Assembly: GCA_038279365.1 (NCBI GenBank)
Contig: JAYODI010000001.1
Span: forward strand, 118,127 to 182,126
DNA: 64,000 nucleotides
Direction of reading: 5' to 3'
Source: Candidatus Latescibacterota bacterium
GTDB lineage: Bacteria; Latescibacterota; UBA2968
Of the stretch, positions 17,782-26,255 are shown in pieces (position 1 is the first letter of the stretch; each line of letters starts with the position of its first letter). The position numbers and the translations under genes were made by a program. The notes under the pieces were generated by a model. That model had not been told where the DNA came from and searched no databases. It was given only the letters and a program-made list of their open reading frames with translations.

Positions 17782-18963
17782 TTATAGGGATGAAAACGAT
17801 TGGGCTTGTTTGATGGCTTGTTTAACCCACTCTAAGGATGGCGTGGGCATAATGCCGTAGTTGTAAAATGCAAATTTTGTGATGCCAAGCTGTTGTGCTG
17901 TGTCAACATGTTGACACAGTGTTTCTGCGTTGACAGATGCGGGTGCATAAGCCTGTAAACCCACAATGAGCTGATCGGGACTTTTTAAGTGTGGCAAGTG
18001 TGTTGAAATGGCGCGGTGGGTTTGTTTTGGATCGTGTGTATAAGAGAGGATTTCAACACTGTCGGCAATTTCAACAATGGCTCTGGCATTTGCACCGCTT
18101 ATTGTGGGGGTGCCCATGAAGATGAAGGAGAGGGGGATCTGAATGGCATTTTTAATGTCATAAACCAGTGAAGCAACCACATTCTCACGCATGTGATTCA
18201 ATGCTGTGAGTTCAGGCATTTCTTCGGCGAGTGCTTCTGGCGATGCCTCAATGGGTTGCCCTGTGGCAAATAGCGTATGGATTTTTTGGGTAACCTGTTC
18301 ACGTAAGCGGGTAATATCGATGTTGGCTTCCATGGCTTTGTGTTGACAGGCAGGGCAAAAGCAGAGTGAATAAAGATATTGACCACCCGGGCCAAATGGC
18401 ACACCATGTTTGAGGTGATAATGTGCATGCCCCCAACCTGCATAATCGAGTGATTCACATTCGAGCATTGTGACGCCATAATTTTGTACCAAGTCTTGAG
18501 AGAGTGCTCTGGCATAATGACGCACGTTGGGGTTGGCTGGGCAAAGGGCCGAGGTGCTGATGTCTCCCGTACAGCGTTCAATGGCACAGTTGGGATATTT
18601 TTGAGCGAGGTTGGAATTGTGCAAAAAGACGGTCCAGGCTTGTATGTCTATGCCTATGCGCATTGCCTCATCTGTTGCTTTGCCCCACCAATTGTCTTTG
18701 CCCATCCACGTGCTGGTAGGTGGTTTGATACAGGTTTGGTTGTAAAGATCTAATTGGGGTTGGAAATAGGTGGCGGCTTGTGCAATATGTAGGGTATTGT
18801 TTTGGGGCAGATGTGGGCGCAACATATCAAAGGTGTGATAGGCCGATGCAAGATTGATGGCGTTGAGGCCCACCTCATTTTTGAGTGTGCTTAGAACTGT
18901 ATGATATCCTTCGTCATTTAAATCCCAAGGATAGGTCCACATGGTGGTGTGAATAGATGGCAT
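17782..18963 (-). CDS. Hypothetical TIM-barrel protein (glycoside-hydrolase-like)
   Basis: YPWD, SAYH, WTVFLHN, LCPANP, LCFCPAC, FYNYG; start moved to ATG 18963. Confidence 0.65.
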   Translation of the reverse strand: MPSIHTTMWTYPWDLNDEGYHTVLSTLKNEVGLNAINLASAYHTFDMLRPHLPQNNTLHIAQAATYFQPQLDLYNQTCIKPPTSTWMGKDNWWGKATDEAMRIGIDIQAWTVFLHNSNLAQKYPNCAIERCTGDISTSALCPANPNVRHYARALSQDLVQNYGVTMLECESLDYAGWGHAHYHLKHGVPFGPGGQYLYSLCFCPACQHKAMEANIDITRLREQVTQKIHTLFATGQPIEASPEALAEEMPELTALNHMRENVVASLVYDIKNAIQIPLSFIFMGTPTISGANARAIVEIADSVEILSYTHDPKQTHRAISTHLPHLKSPDQLIVGLQAYAPASVNAETLCQHVDTAQQLGITKFAFYNYGIMPTPSLEWVKQAIKQAQSFSSL

Positions 18964-19089
18964 TGGCTTTTGCTTTCTGAATGGTATCATAAAATTAAAT
19001 GCAGTGGACTGAATACATGATTGGTTTTGATCATCTGTCAAGCAGTTTCACGGTTTGCACTTGCGTGAACATGGCAAATGCATTAAAAT

Positions 19090-19330
19090 CAACGAATGGG
19101 CGAATGGGCGAATGGGCGAATGGGCGAATAGGCGAATAGGCGAATGGACGAGGAGGTTTTGATTTGTTGATGACTCGCTACGCTCGTTGTCGCCAGTGAC
19201 TGTGCATTGATTCGTTGATTCGCAGATGACTCGCTACGCTCGTTGTAGGCTTTGCCTGTGCATTGATTCGTTAATTCGTTAATTCGTTGATTCGTTGATT
19301 CGTTGTCGCCTGCGGTTGTGCGTTGATTTG
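19090..19330. repeat. Octamer tandem repeats in inverted arrangement with an internal 56-bp-period duplication
   Basis: (CGAATRGR)x7 at 19093-19148; TTGATTCG-type units at 19207-19222 and 19263-19302; GATGACTCGCTACGCTCGTTGT at 19169-19190 and 19225-19246. Confidence 0.85.
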
Positions 19331-19364
19331 TGGTTTCGCAATTTCTGTTTTTAAAGGAGTCATT

Positions 19365-20378
19365 ATGGAAACGCTTGGTTTGGGTGTGATTGGTTGTGGC
19401 AATATGGGGGCGAGTTTAGCCAAAGGGGCGGCGGTGTTAGATTGTGCACAAGTGGTGTGTGTGAGCGATGTGGATGAAGAAAAAGGGCGTGCATTATCGG
19501 GTGAGATGACGTGTGATTATGAACCCGATTATCGGGCGATGTTGGCGCGAGAAGATGTGCAAGCTGTGTTGATTGCAACACCGCCTTTTTTGCATGCAGA
19601 ACCCACACTTGCGGCTGCAGAAGCTGGGGTACACATTTTTTCTGAAAAACCGATGGCACCCACCTTGGCAGGATGTGATGCTATGCTTAAAGCTGTTGCA
19701 CAACACGGTGTAAAATTGGGTATCGGTTTGGTGTGTCGGTTTCATCCGGTGCATCGCAAAGTGCGCGACTTGGCACACGAGGGGGGCTTAGGGGTGCCTA
19801 CAACGATGACGGTGCATCGTTTGGGGGGTGGGTGGGGTGGGCAGTGGACAGCTCCTTGGCGACGGTCGCGTGCTCAAAGTGGTGGAACATTGATGGAGAT
19901 TAATGCACACGAAATTGATTTTTTGCGGTTTGTAATGGGAGAGGCCGAGTCGGTCTATGCGGTGGGGGGCACCTATTTGCAGCGAGATTCCGATTTCCCA
20001 GATGTGGCATTGGTGTCGGTGCGCTTTAAAAATGGTGGTGTGGGGCTGTTGCATTCAAGCCAAGCCAGTGCCATTGGTGGGTATGGTGGGCGTTTGGATT
20101 GTTCTGAAGGTTCGGTCGTGTTTCCCTCCTTTTGGGGCAATGAGGGTGGGCTGCGTTATAAACGGCATGATGGTGACGAAACGGCTATTGCGGCCTCCGA
20201 TTTGGCCAAAAGTGAAAGCCCCGTTACGCAAGAGTTACGTGCCTTTAGTGAGGCTGTTTTAAAAGGTGAAGACCCACCTGTGGGTGGGGCAGAGGGGCGT
20301 GCGGCCACCGAGATCGCATTGGCGGCTTATCGGTCTATTGAAACAAATGCGGTTGTTGACTTGCCAATGTCTGAGTAA
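19365..20378 (+). CDS. Gfo/Idh/MocA family oxidoreductase
   Basis: GVIGCGNMG, ATPPFLH, SEKPMA, SGGTLMEINAHEID; AAGGAG RBS before ATG 19365. Confidence 0.92.
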   Translation: METLGLGVIGCGNMGASLAKGAAVLDCAQVVCVSDVDEEKGRALSGEMTCDYEPDYRAMLAREDVQAVLIATPPFLHAEPTLAAAEAGVHIFSEKPMAPTLAGCDAMLKAVAQHGVKLGIGLVCRFHPVHRKVRDLAHEGGLGVPTTMTVHRLGGGWGGQWTAPWRRSRAQSGGTLMEINAHEIDFLRFVMGEAESVYAVGGTYLQRDSDFPDVALVSVRFKNGGVGLLHSSQASAIGGYGGRLDCSEGSVVFPSFWGNEGGLRYKRHDGDETAIAASDLAKSESPVTQELRAFSEAVLKGEDPPVGGAEGRAATEIALAAYRSIETNAVVDLPMSE

Positions 20379-20411
20379 GTGTGTATAGAACTTTGTTAAG
20401 GATGAAATTTT

Positions 20412-21656
20412 ATGGCTCGTCGGTTTGAAATTCCAACATTTTATAAGAGCGATATCATCTCACGTGTTAAACGCGCCCGCCAACTACAAGATTCTAAGAA
20501 GCGCGATTTGCATCCTTCGATATTGGATTTTGGGCCGGTTCGGTTTTTTTTGGCGCGGCATTTTGGGTTTTGTTTTGGTGTCGAAAATGCCATTGAGATC
20601 GCTTATAAAACATTGGACGAACACGGCGACAAGCGGGTTTTTTTCTTGAGCGAAATGATTCATAATCCCAATGTGAATCAAGATTTACAAGACCGAGGGG
20701 TTCAATTTATTTTTACCCCATCGGGTGAGCAGTTGGTTCATTGGGATCTTTTGACGCCCGATGACATTGTGGTGGTACCTGCTTTTGGTACGACAGTGGA
20801 AATACAAGAAGCTCTGGAAAAACGAGGGGTAGACCCTTACACATACAATACAACGTGCCCATTTGTTGAAAAGGTATGGAAACGCAGCGCTCAGTTGGGT
20901 GCTGAAGATTATACGGTGGTCATTCACGGCAAAGCAAGTCATGAAGAAACCCGTGCCACGTTTTCGCATACCGTACAAGGTGCTCGGGCTGTGGTGGTCT
21001 TGGATTTGAAAGAGGCGCATTTGTTGGGTGGGATTATTCGGGGGGAGTTGGGGATAGACGTTTTTGAAGAACGATTTGGACATAAGTGTTCCGATGGGTT
21101 TGATCCTTTGCGGCATTTGTCGCGCTTAGGCGTGGTTAATCAAACGACCATGCTGGCTTCAGAAACACGAGAAATTGCGCGGGTTATTCGCGAAGCATTG
21201 GTCGATCGTTTTGGTGCCGATCAAATTCATGAACACTTTGCCGATACATCTGATACCTTGTGTTATGCCACAAATGAAAACCAAAATGCCACGTATGCAC
21301 TTATTAAACAAACAGCCGATTTGACACTTGTTGTGGGTGGTTACAATTCTTCCAATACTTCACATATTGTCGAATTGTGTGAAAAGGCAATGCCTACTTA
21401 TTTTGTAAAAAATGCCGATGAATTGATTTCTGATGAAGCCATTCAACATTTTGTGTTGTCTACGCGCAAGGTCACTACCACAACGCATTGGTTGCCCTCA
21501 AAACGTCCATTGGATATTGCTTTGACCAGTGGTGCATCTTGTCCAGACGCTGTTGTGGATGATGTGTTGTTGCGCGTTTTGTCATTTTTTGATGACGTAC
21601 GTGCTATTGAGGATGTTTTAAACCCTTATCCACTGATCCCCATCGAATCGGCATGA
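20412..21656 (+). CDS. ispH: 4-hydroxy-3-methylbut-2-enyl diphosphate reductase
   Basis: GFCFGV, MIHNP, TTCPFV, HEET, NQTT, TLCYATNENQ, GGYNSSNT, TSGASCPD. Confidence 0.95.
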   Translation: MARRFEIPTFYKSDIISRVKRARQLQDSKKRDLHPSILDFGPVRFFLARHFGFCFGVENAIEIAYKTLDEHGDKRVFFLSEMIHNPNVNQDLQDRGVQFIFTPSGEQLVHWDLLTPDDIVVVPAFGTTVEIQEALEKRGVDPYTYNTTCPFVEKVWKRSAQLGAEDYTVVIHGKASHEETRATFSHTVQGARAVVVLDLKEAHLLGGIIRGELGIDVFEERFGHKCSDGFDPLRHLSRLGVVNQTTMLASETREIARVIREALVDRFGADQIHEHFADTSDTLCYATNENQNATYALIKQTADLTLVVGGYNSSNTSHIVELCEKAMPTYFVKNADELISDEAIQHFVLSTRKVTTTTHWLPSKRPLDIALTSGASCPDAVVDDVLLRVLSFFDDVRAIEDVLNPYPLIPIESA

Positions 21657-21672
21657 TGTGGATTTGTTTTAA

Positions 21673-21716
21673 TAAAAAAGCCTCTTAAAACAAAATGGTT
21701 TTAAGAGGCTTTTTTT
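21673..21716. terminator. Bidirectional rho-independent terminator
   Basis: aaaaaagcctcttaaaac...gttttaagaggctttttt between convergent genes. Confidence 0.85.
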
Positions 21717-21730
21717 GTGTGAGATATGGT

Positions 21731-22963
21731 TTACAGTTTTTCTAAAGGTCCCAATGCCACAAGTGCAGGTTCTGTGTCTAAGGGATATTTTTCTAAGTAT
21801 TCGGCAATGTGTTTGGGTGTAACGGCAGCAATTTCGGCCTGTTCTTCAACCAGTGATTTTAATGGGGTTTGAGTGCTGAGACTGCCCACAATTTGCGAAA
21901 AACGCGAAAGACCATTTTCGCCACTACAGGCCAAACTGGTTGCAAACTTTGTTTTGGTTCGTTGAAGCGCCTCTTGGTCTATACCTTTTTTGAGATCGGC
22001 CATTTCTTTTTTGATAATGTCAATGACCTGTGAGGCGTTTTTGGGATCTACAGAAGTATACAGATAAAAGAGGCCAGTGTCGCTAAAGCCAATGTAATCT
22101 GAGGAGGCTTCATCGGCCAGACCTTGTTGGATCACAGACCAAAAGAGTTTGCTGTTTGAAGATGCACCCAAATAAGAGGCCAGCAAGTCCGCTGTTGTGG
22201 CGTCATCGGCAGAGGCTGGTGGTGCTGGCAAGGCCAGGGCGATGTGTTCACGCGTGACGTCTTCTTTTGGAACCACACGATGGGTTGCCTGAAATGTGGG
22301 TGGTGTTTGTGTGCGCCCTTTGTCTTGTGGTTCCCAGTGGCTGCAATGTTTTTCAACTGTTTTGATGATTTCGGTTTTGTCAAATGCACCTGTAATAATA
22401 AATGTAAGGTTGTTGGGGCCATAGCGCTTTTGAAAGTAGTTGGCCATTTGATCGCGCGTGATGTCTCCTACGGTTTCTTCTGTGCCTAATACACTTTGCC
22501 CCAATGGATGTGTGCCATATGCGGCTTGGATGAGGTCGTCTATGATGAGGGCATCGGGTTGGTCTCTATACATGGCAATTTCTTCTAAGATAACTTTTTT
22601 TTCCATGTCAAATTCGTCATTGGGCAAATGCGAGCGCATCATGTCTGCAAGTATTTCAACCGAATCTTTTGCACGTTGAGATTGTACCCAATGAAAATAT
22701 GCTGTACCTTCCCACCACGTATAAGCATTCCACATGGCACCCAAATCGTCTACGTCGAGCGAGAGCTGACGCCAATCGCGATTGGGGGTGCCCTTAAAGC
22801 ACATGTGTTCTAAAAAATGTGAGATACCCATGACCGATGCTGGTTCATCTCGTGAGCCAGTGTTGACAAAAAACCCCAACGCGGCAGAATGAATACGCGG
22901 TATGGATTCAAAGATGAGCGTGAGGCCATTGTCGAAGGTATGGGTTGAAAACGGTGATGACAT
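21731..22963 (-). CDS. M16B zinc peptidase, catalytic subunit
   Basis: GSRDE, inverted zincin HFLEH, NAYT, EKKVILEE, HPLGQSVLG; start at ATG 22963 with CAGGAG RBS. Confidence 0.9.
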   Translation of the reverse strand: MSSPFSTHTFDNGLTLIFESIPRIHSAALGFFVNTGSRDEPASVMGISHFLEHMCFKGTPNRDWRQLSLDVDDLGAMWNAYTWWEGTAYFHWVQSQRAKDSVEILADMMRSHLPNDEFDMEKKVILEEIAMYRDQPDALIIDDLIQAAYGTHPLGQSVLGTEETVGDITRDQMANYFQKRYGPNNLTFIITGAFDKTEIIKTVEKHCSHWEPQDKGRTQTPPTFQATHRVVPKEDVTREHIALALPAPPASADDATTADLLASYLGASSNSKLFWSVIQQGLADEASSDYIGFSDTGLFYLYTSVDPKNASQVIDIIKKEMADLKKGIDQEALQRTKTKFATSLACSGENGLSRFSQIVGSLSTQTPLKSLVEEQAEIAAVTPKHIAEYLEKYPLDTEPALVALGPLEKL

Positions 22964-22983
22964 TGAAGCTCCTGAAAAAACGG

Positions 22984-23070
22984 TGAAACGGCAAATGGCA
23001 AACGGCAAACGTGAAAACAATTCTTCTCTTGATGGGAAGAAGTTTGCCCTCTCACGTTTGCCGTTTGTCT
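22984..23070. repeat. Short heptamer inverted tandem repeat
   Basis: aaacggc-aaatggc-aaacggc-aaacgtg ... cacgttt-gccgttt. Confidence 0.6.
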
Positions 23071-23073
23071 GCT

Positions 23074-23943
23074 TTACAATTTTTTCTGCATCGCAATTTC
23101 TTCATGCTCTGGCAAATAAGGCACATCTGTGCGGTCCCAACCTCGGCGACCATGCACGCAGTGGATGCCCATAAGTTGCCGTTTCATGGGCGTATCGGCC
23201 CATTTGACAACACTTTCTTGTGGGGTACGTGCCACATATTTTTTGACAAAGAAGGGCATGTAACCAAATATGGCCAAACGACGATCTCGGGTTGTGGTAT
23301 TGGCACAACCGGTGTGCCAACAGACGACATTCCACAAAACGGCATCACCGGCTTTGTAGGCCATTTTTTTCATGTTGGGCATTTTTTCTAAGTCTTCACC
23401 TTTGTATTGATCTTTGGGAGGGCCTTCTGGGTTTTTATGCGTGCCTGGAACCAATGAAAAACACCCCATGTTTTCGTCTTGATCATCGAGAAAGTAGAAG
23501 ACTTTTATTTTTAGAGAGTATTGAGGGTGTGTCCAAGGTGGCCAATCACGGTGCCAACCCGTATGCGCAGCGGCACCTGCATGGTGATTGTGATAGAGCA
23601 TTTCCATCACCTGATAGTCGGGGCCAGTGATGTTTGCCACATATGGCAAAATTTTGGGGTTGTTGGCCAGATCGAGCAATGTGGTGTCTGTGTCAAAGTT
23701 TGGCGAAATGGTGTGGGCGTTGGGCCCATTGCCATAGCCACCTTTTACAGTCCCGTCTTTGACCGACCTTTCCCAATCAGGCTTGAGTTCGCTTTCGCGT
23801 TGTTCAAACCCTGCGCGTAAACGTTCCAAACCAATAGGTTCTACCGCATTGGGAATGATGATATACCCATGTTGGTCGTAAAACGCACGCTCCTCAGTAG
23901 TTGGTGGCGGATATTCCGCCACATCTGTTACAGCCATGGTCAA
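23074..23943 (-). CDS. PhyH-family Fe(II)/2OG dioxygenase
   Basis: FYDQHGY, WHRD (HxD), VPGTH, KAGDA, WHTG, DRR. Confidence 0.9.
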   Translation of the reverse strand: MTMAVTDVAEYPPPTTEERAFYDQHGYIIIPNAVEPIGLERLRAGFEQRESELKPDWERSVKDGTVKGGYGNGPNAHTISPNFDTDTTLLDLANNPKILPYVANITGPDYQVMEMLYHNHHAGAAAHTGWHRDWPPWTHPQYSLKIKVFYFLDDQDENMGCFSLVPGTHKNPEGPPKDQYKGEDLEKMPNMKKMAYKAGDAVLWNVVCWHTGCANTTTRDRRLAIFGYMPFFVKKYVARTPQESVVKWADTPMKRQLMGIHCVHGRRGWDRTDVPYLPEHEEIAMQKKL

Positions 23944-23994
23944 CTCCTATCGGGTTGTTGTATGATGTGTGTATTCGACAACACACGGTGTGGG

Positions 23995-24822
23995 CTAAAA
24001 TTTTTTCAGTTTGACAAGTTCTTCGTGTTCTGGCAAATAAGGCACATCTAAGCGATCCCAAGAAGCACGCCCTTCTACAGCATGAATGCCTTGTAATTCG
24101 CGCTTTTTGGGTGTGTCTGCCCAATTGACGACCAACGGAGGTGGGGTTCTGCTCACCCATTTTTTGACCCAAAAAGGTTGGTAACTGCCAATGACAATCC
24201 TGCGGTCTTTGTTGCTGGTATTGGCTGTACCCGTGTGCCACATTAAAACATTCCACAAGATGGCATCACCTGCTTTGCCTGTCACCTTTTTCATGTTAGG
24301 CATGGTTTCTAATGCATCATCGCGGTATTGATCTTTGGGTGGGCCATCGGGCAAAGTGTGTGTGCCTGGAACAATGGAAAAACACCCCATATCTTCGGTT
24401 TGGTCGTCGAGAAAATAGAATATTTTAGCTTTGATAATCCATTTATGATGTGTCCAAGCAGGCCAATCTCTGTGCCAGTTGGTGTGGGCTTTTGTGCCGG
24501 CATGGTGGCAATGCGCGGTGACGCTCATAGATTGTGTTTGGCCAATGATGTCTTCAACCAAGGGTAAGACTTTGGGGTTGGCAGATAAGTCGAGAAAGAC
24601 TTCATCTTGCTCATCTACACGAGACATGGTATGTGCATTGGGGCCGTGTCCGTAGCCTCCTTTGGCTGTGCCTTGTGCAATGTCTTGACGCCATTTTTGT
24701 TCTGTTTGAGACTGTATGCGTTCGTAGGCTTTTCGCACACGTTCTAAACCGATGGGTTCAATGGCGTTTTCGATCATGACATAACCTTGTTCGTCTATTT
24801 CTTTGCGCTGTTCAGGTGTCAT
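23995..24822 (-). CDS. PhyH-family Fe(II)/2OG dioxygenase (tandem paralog)
   Basis: Same motifs; shares long blocks with the neighbour (IEPIGLER/VEPIGLER, KGGYG.GPNAHT, YFLDDQ, GPPKDQY, DVPYLPEHEE). Confidence 0.9.
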   Translation of the reverse strand: MTPEQRKEIDEQGYVMIENAIEPIGLERVRKAYERIQSQTEQKWRQDIAQGTAKGGYGHGPNAHTMSRVDEQDEVFLDLSANPKVLPLVEDIIGQTQSMSVTAHCHHAGTKAHTNWHRDWPAWTHHKWIIKAKIFYFLDDQTEDMGCFSIVPGTHTLPDGPPKDQYRDDALETMPNMKKVTGKAGDAILWNVLMWHTGTANTSNKDRRIVIGSYQPFWVKKWVSRTPPPLVVNWADTPKKRELQGIHAVEGRASWDRLDVPYLPEHEELVKLKKF

Positions 24823-24858
24823 ACCATTTCCTTTTGTTGCTTTGTTATTTAAGATGGG

Positions 24859-26100
24859 TTATGACTTGTTGAGTGGGCTTGGTCCCAAGACACATAGCGT
24901 ACTTGGGGTGGGCGGGTATGTTTCTAAATACTGTTGAATCTGATCTTTGGTGACCGCATCTATGCTTTGAGCAATTTCGTCTATTGACCGCACTTTGTTT
25001 TCGAGAAAAAGATCTTCCAGAATACCCGATGCTCGGCCTTCGGGTAAATCACCTGTGGTAAACAAACGGCCTTTGAGCACCGTTTTGGCCCGGGTGATTT
25101 CTTCTTGGGTTATGTCTTGTCCCAGGCGCGTTATTTCATGTTGGCACACATCAAGCGTTTCTTGGGCGCGTTCAGCGGTGGTGCCTGCATAAAGCGCCAC
25201 CAAACCACCGTGTCTTCTGGCACGATAAAAAGCGGAGACGCTGTAGGCCAACCCACGTTTTTCACGCACTTCGGTAAACAGCCTGCTCGACCCGCCCCCA
25301 GATAGCACACCTATGGCGAGTTGGGCGGGGTAATAGCTTGTATGACCCCGCGGTGGACCACCGTAGAGCAAGCCAATATGGGCTTGCTCTGAAGGTTTGG
25401 CATGATGTTCATTTCGGTTGGCAATCATAATTTCTGGTGATGTATGGGGTAAAGATGTGTTCCCTTCCCAACTGCCAAAGACTTGATGAACGGTTTGAAA
25501 AATTTCTTCGGATGATAGACCACCAGAGACGGCGATCAGCAGATTTTTGGGGGTGCAATGGGTGGCCCAATGTTGGCGCACATCGGCTGGTGTAATAACA
25601 GAGATGCTTTCTGGATGTCCTAATGGCACACGCCCCATTGGTGAACCCAAACCGATTTGGTAGGTGAGATAAAGAACCTGTTGTAAGGGATCGTCTTCAA
25701 GTCGTTTGAGTTCTTCAAGGGTGAGGGCTTTGGCAATTTCAACCTGTTGGTCTGGAAAAGATGCACTGCGAAAAAATTCGGCATAAAGGGTTAGAGCAGG
25801 CTTAAAGTTGGCAGGCAACATCTGAGCTTGAAACGTGGTATGTTCTACGGCGGTGGTTGAGCTTCGCCTGATACCCAAATTGTCAAAGGCATTAAATATG
25901 GCGTGGGCATCGTGTTTGGGCGTGCCTTTAAAGAGTACATCTTCGGCAATGCGGGTGATACCCAAGCGGTCTTCGGGGTCATCTTTGGCACCTATGGTAA
26001 AGCGCAACCCCATGACAATAGACTGGGCACCTGGCATGGATTCAATGACCACAGAAATACCATTTTTAAGTGTTCTTATTTCAGGTGCAGGCATAGACAT
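24859..26100 (-). CDS. M16B peptidase, non-catalytic partner subunit
   Basis: M16 fold but HxxEH replaced (TRIAEDV); carries the SSRLFTEVREKRGLAYSV R/Y motif of partner subunits. Confidence 0.85.
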   Translation of the reverse strand: MSMPAPEIRTLKNGISVVIESMPGAQSIVMGLRFTIGAKDDPEDRLGITRIAEDVLFKGTPKHDAHAIFNAFDNLGIRRSSTTAVEHTTFQAQMLPANFKPALTLYAEFFRSASFPDQQVEIAKALTLEELKRLEDDPLQQVLYLTYQIGLGSPMGRVPLGHPESISVITPADVRQHWATHCTPKNLLIAVSGGLSSEEIFQTVHQVFGSWEGNTSLPHTSPEIMIANRNEHHAKPSEQAHIGLLYGGPPRGHTSYYPAQLAIGVLSGGGSSRLFTEVREKRGLAYSVSAFYRARRHGGLVALYAGTTAERAQETLDVCQHEITRLGQDITQEEITRAKTVLKGRLFTTGDLPEGRASGILEDLFLENKVRSIDEIAQSIDAVTKDQIQQYLETYPPTPSTLCVLGPSPLNKS

Positions 26101-26255
26101 AAAAACCTCAAGGTTGGAGCAGAATATTCTAAATTACGGTATGAGCACCAACAATCTAAAACAGGCACATCAAAACACAAATCTAAAAATAGGTGTGGTA
26201 TTTGTGATTTGGCAAGGTGTATTTGAAGGGATGCAAGTGACGTGTGTTTGGGATG

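Noticed and set aside
19169-19272. Two 22-bp direct repeats about 34 bp apart resembling a mini-CRISPR
   Set aside because: Only two copies, the intervening sequences are themselves partly repeated (a tandem duplication), and there are no cas genes in the window
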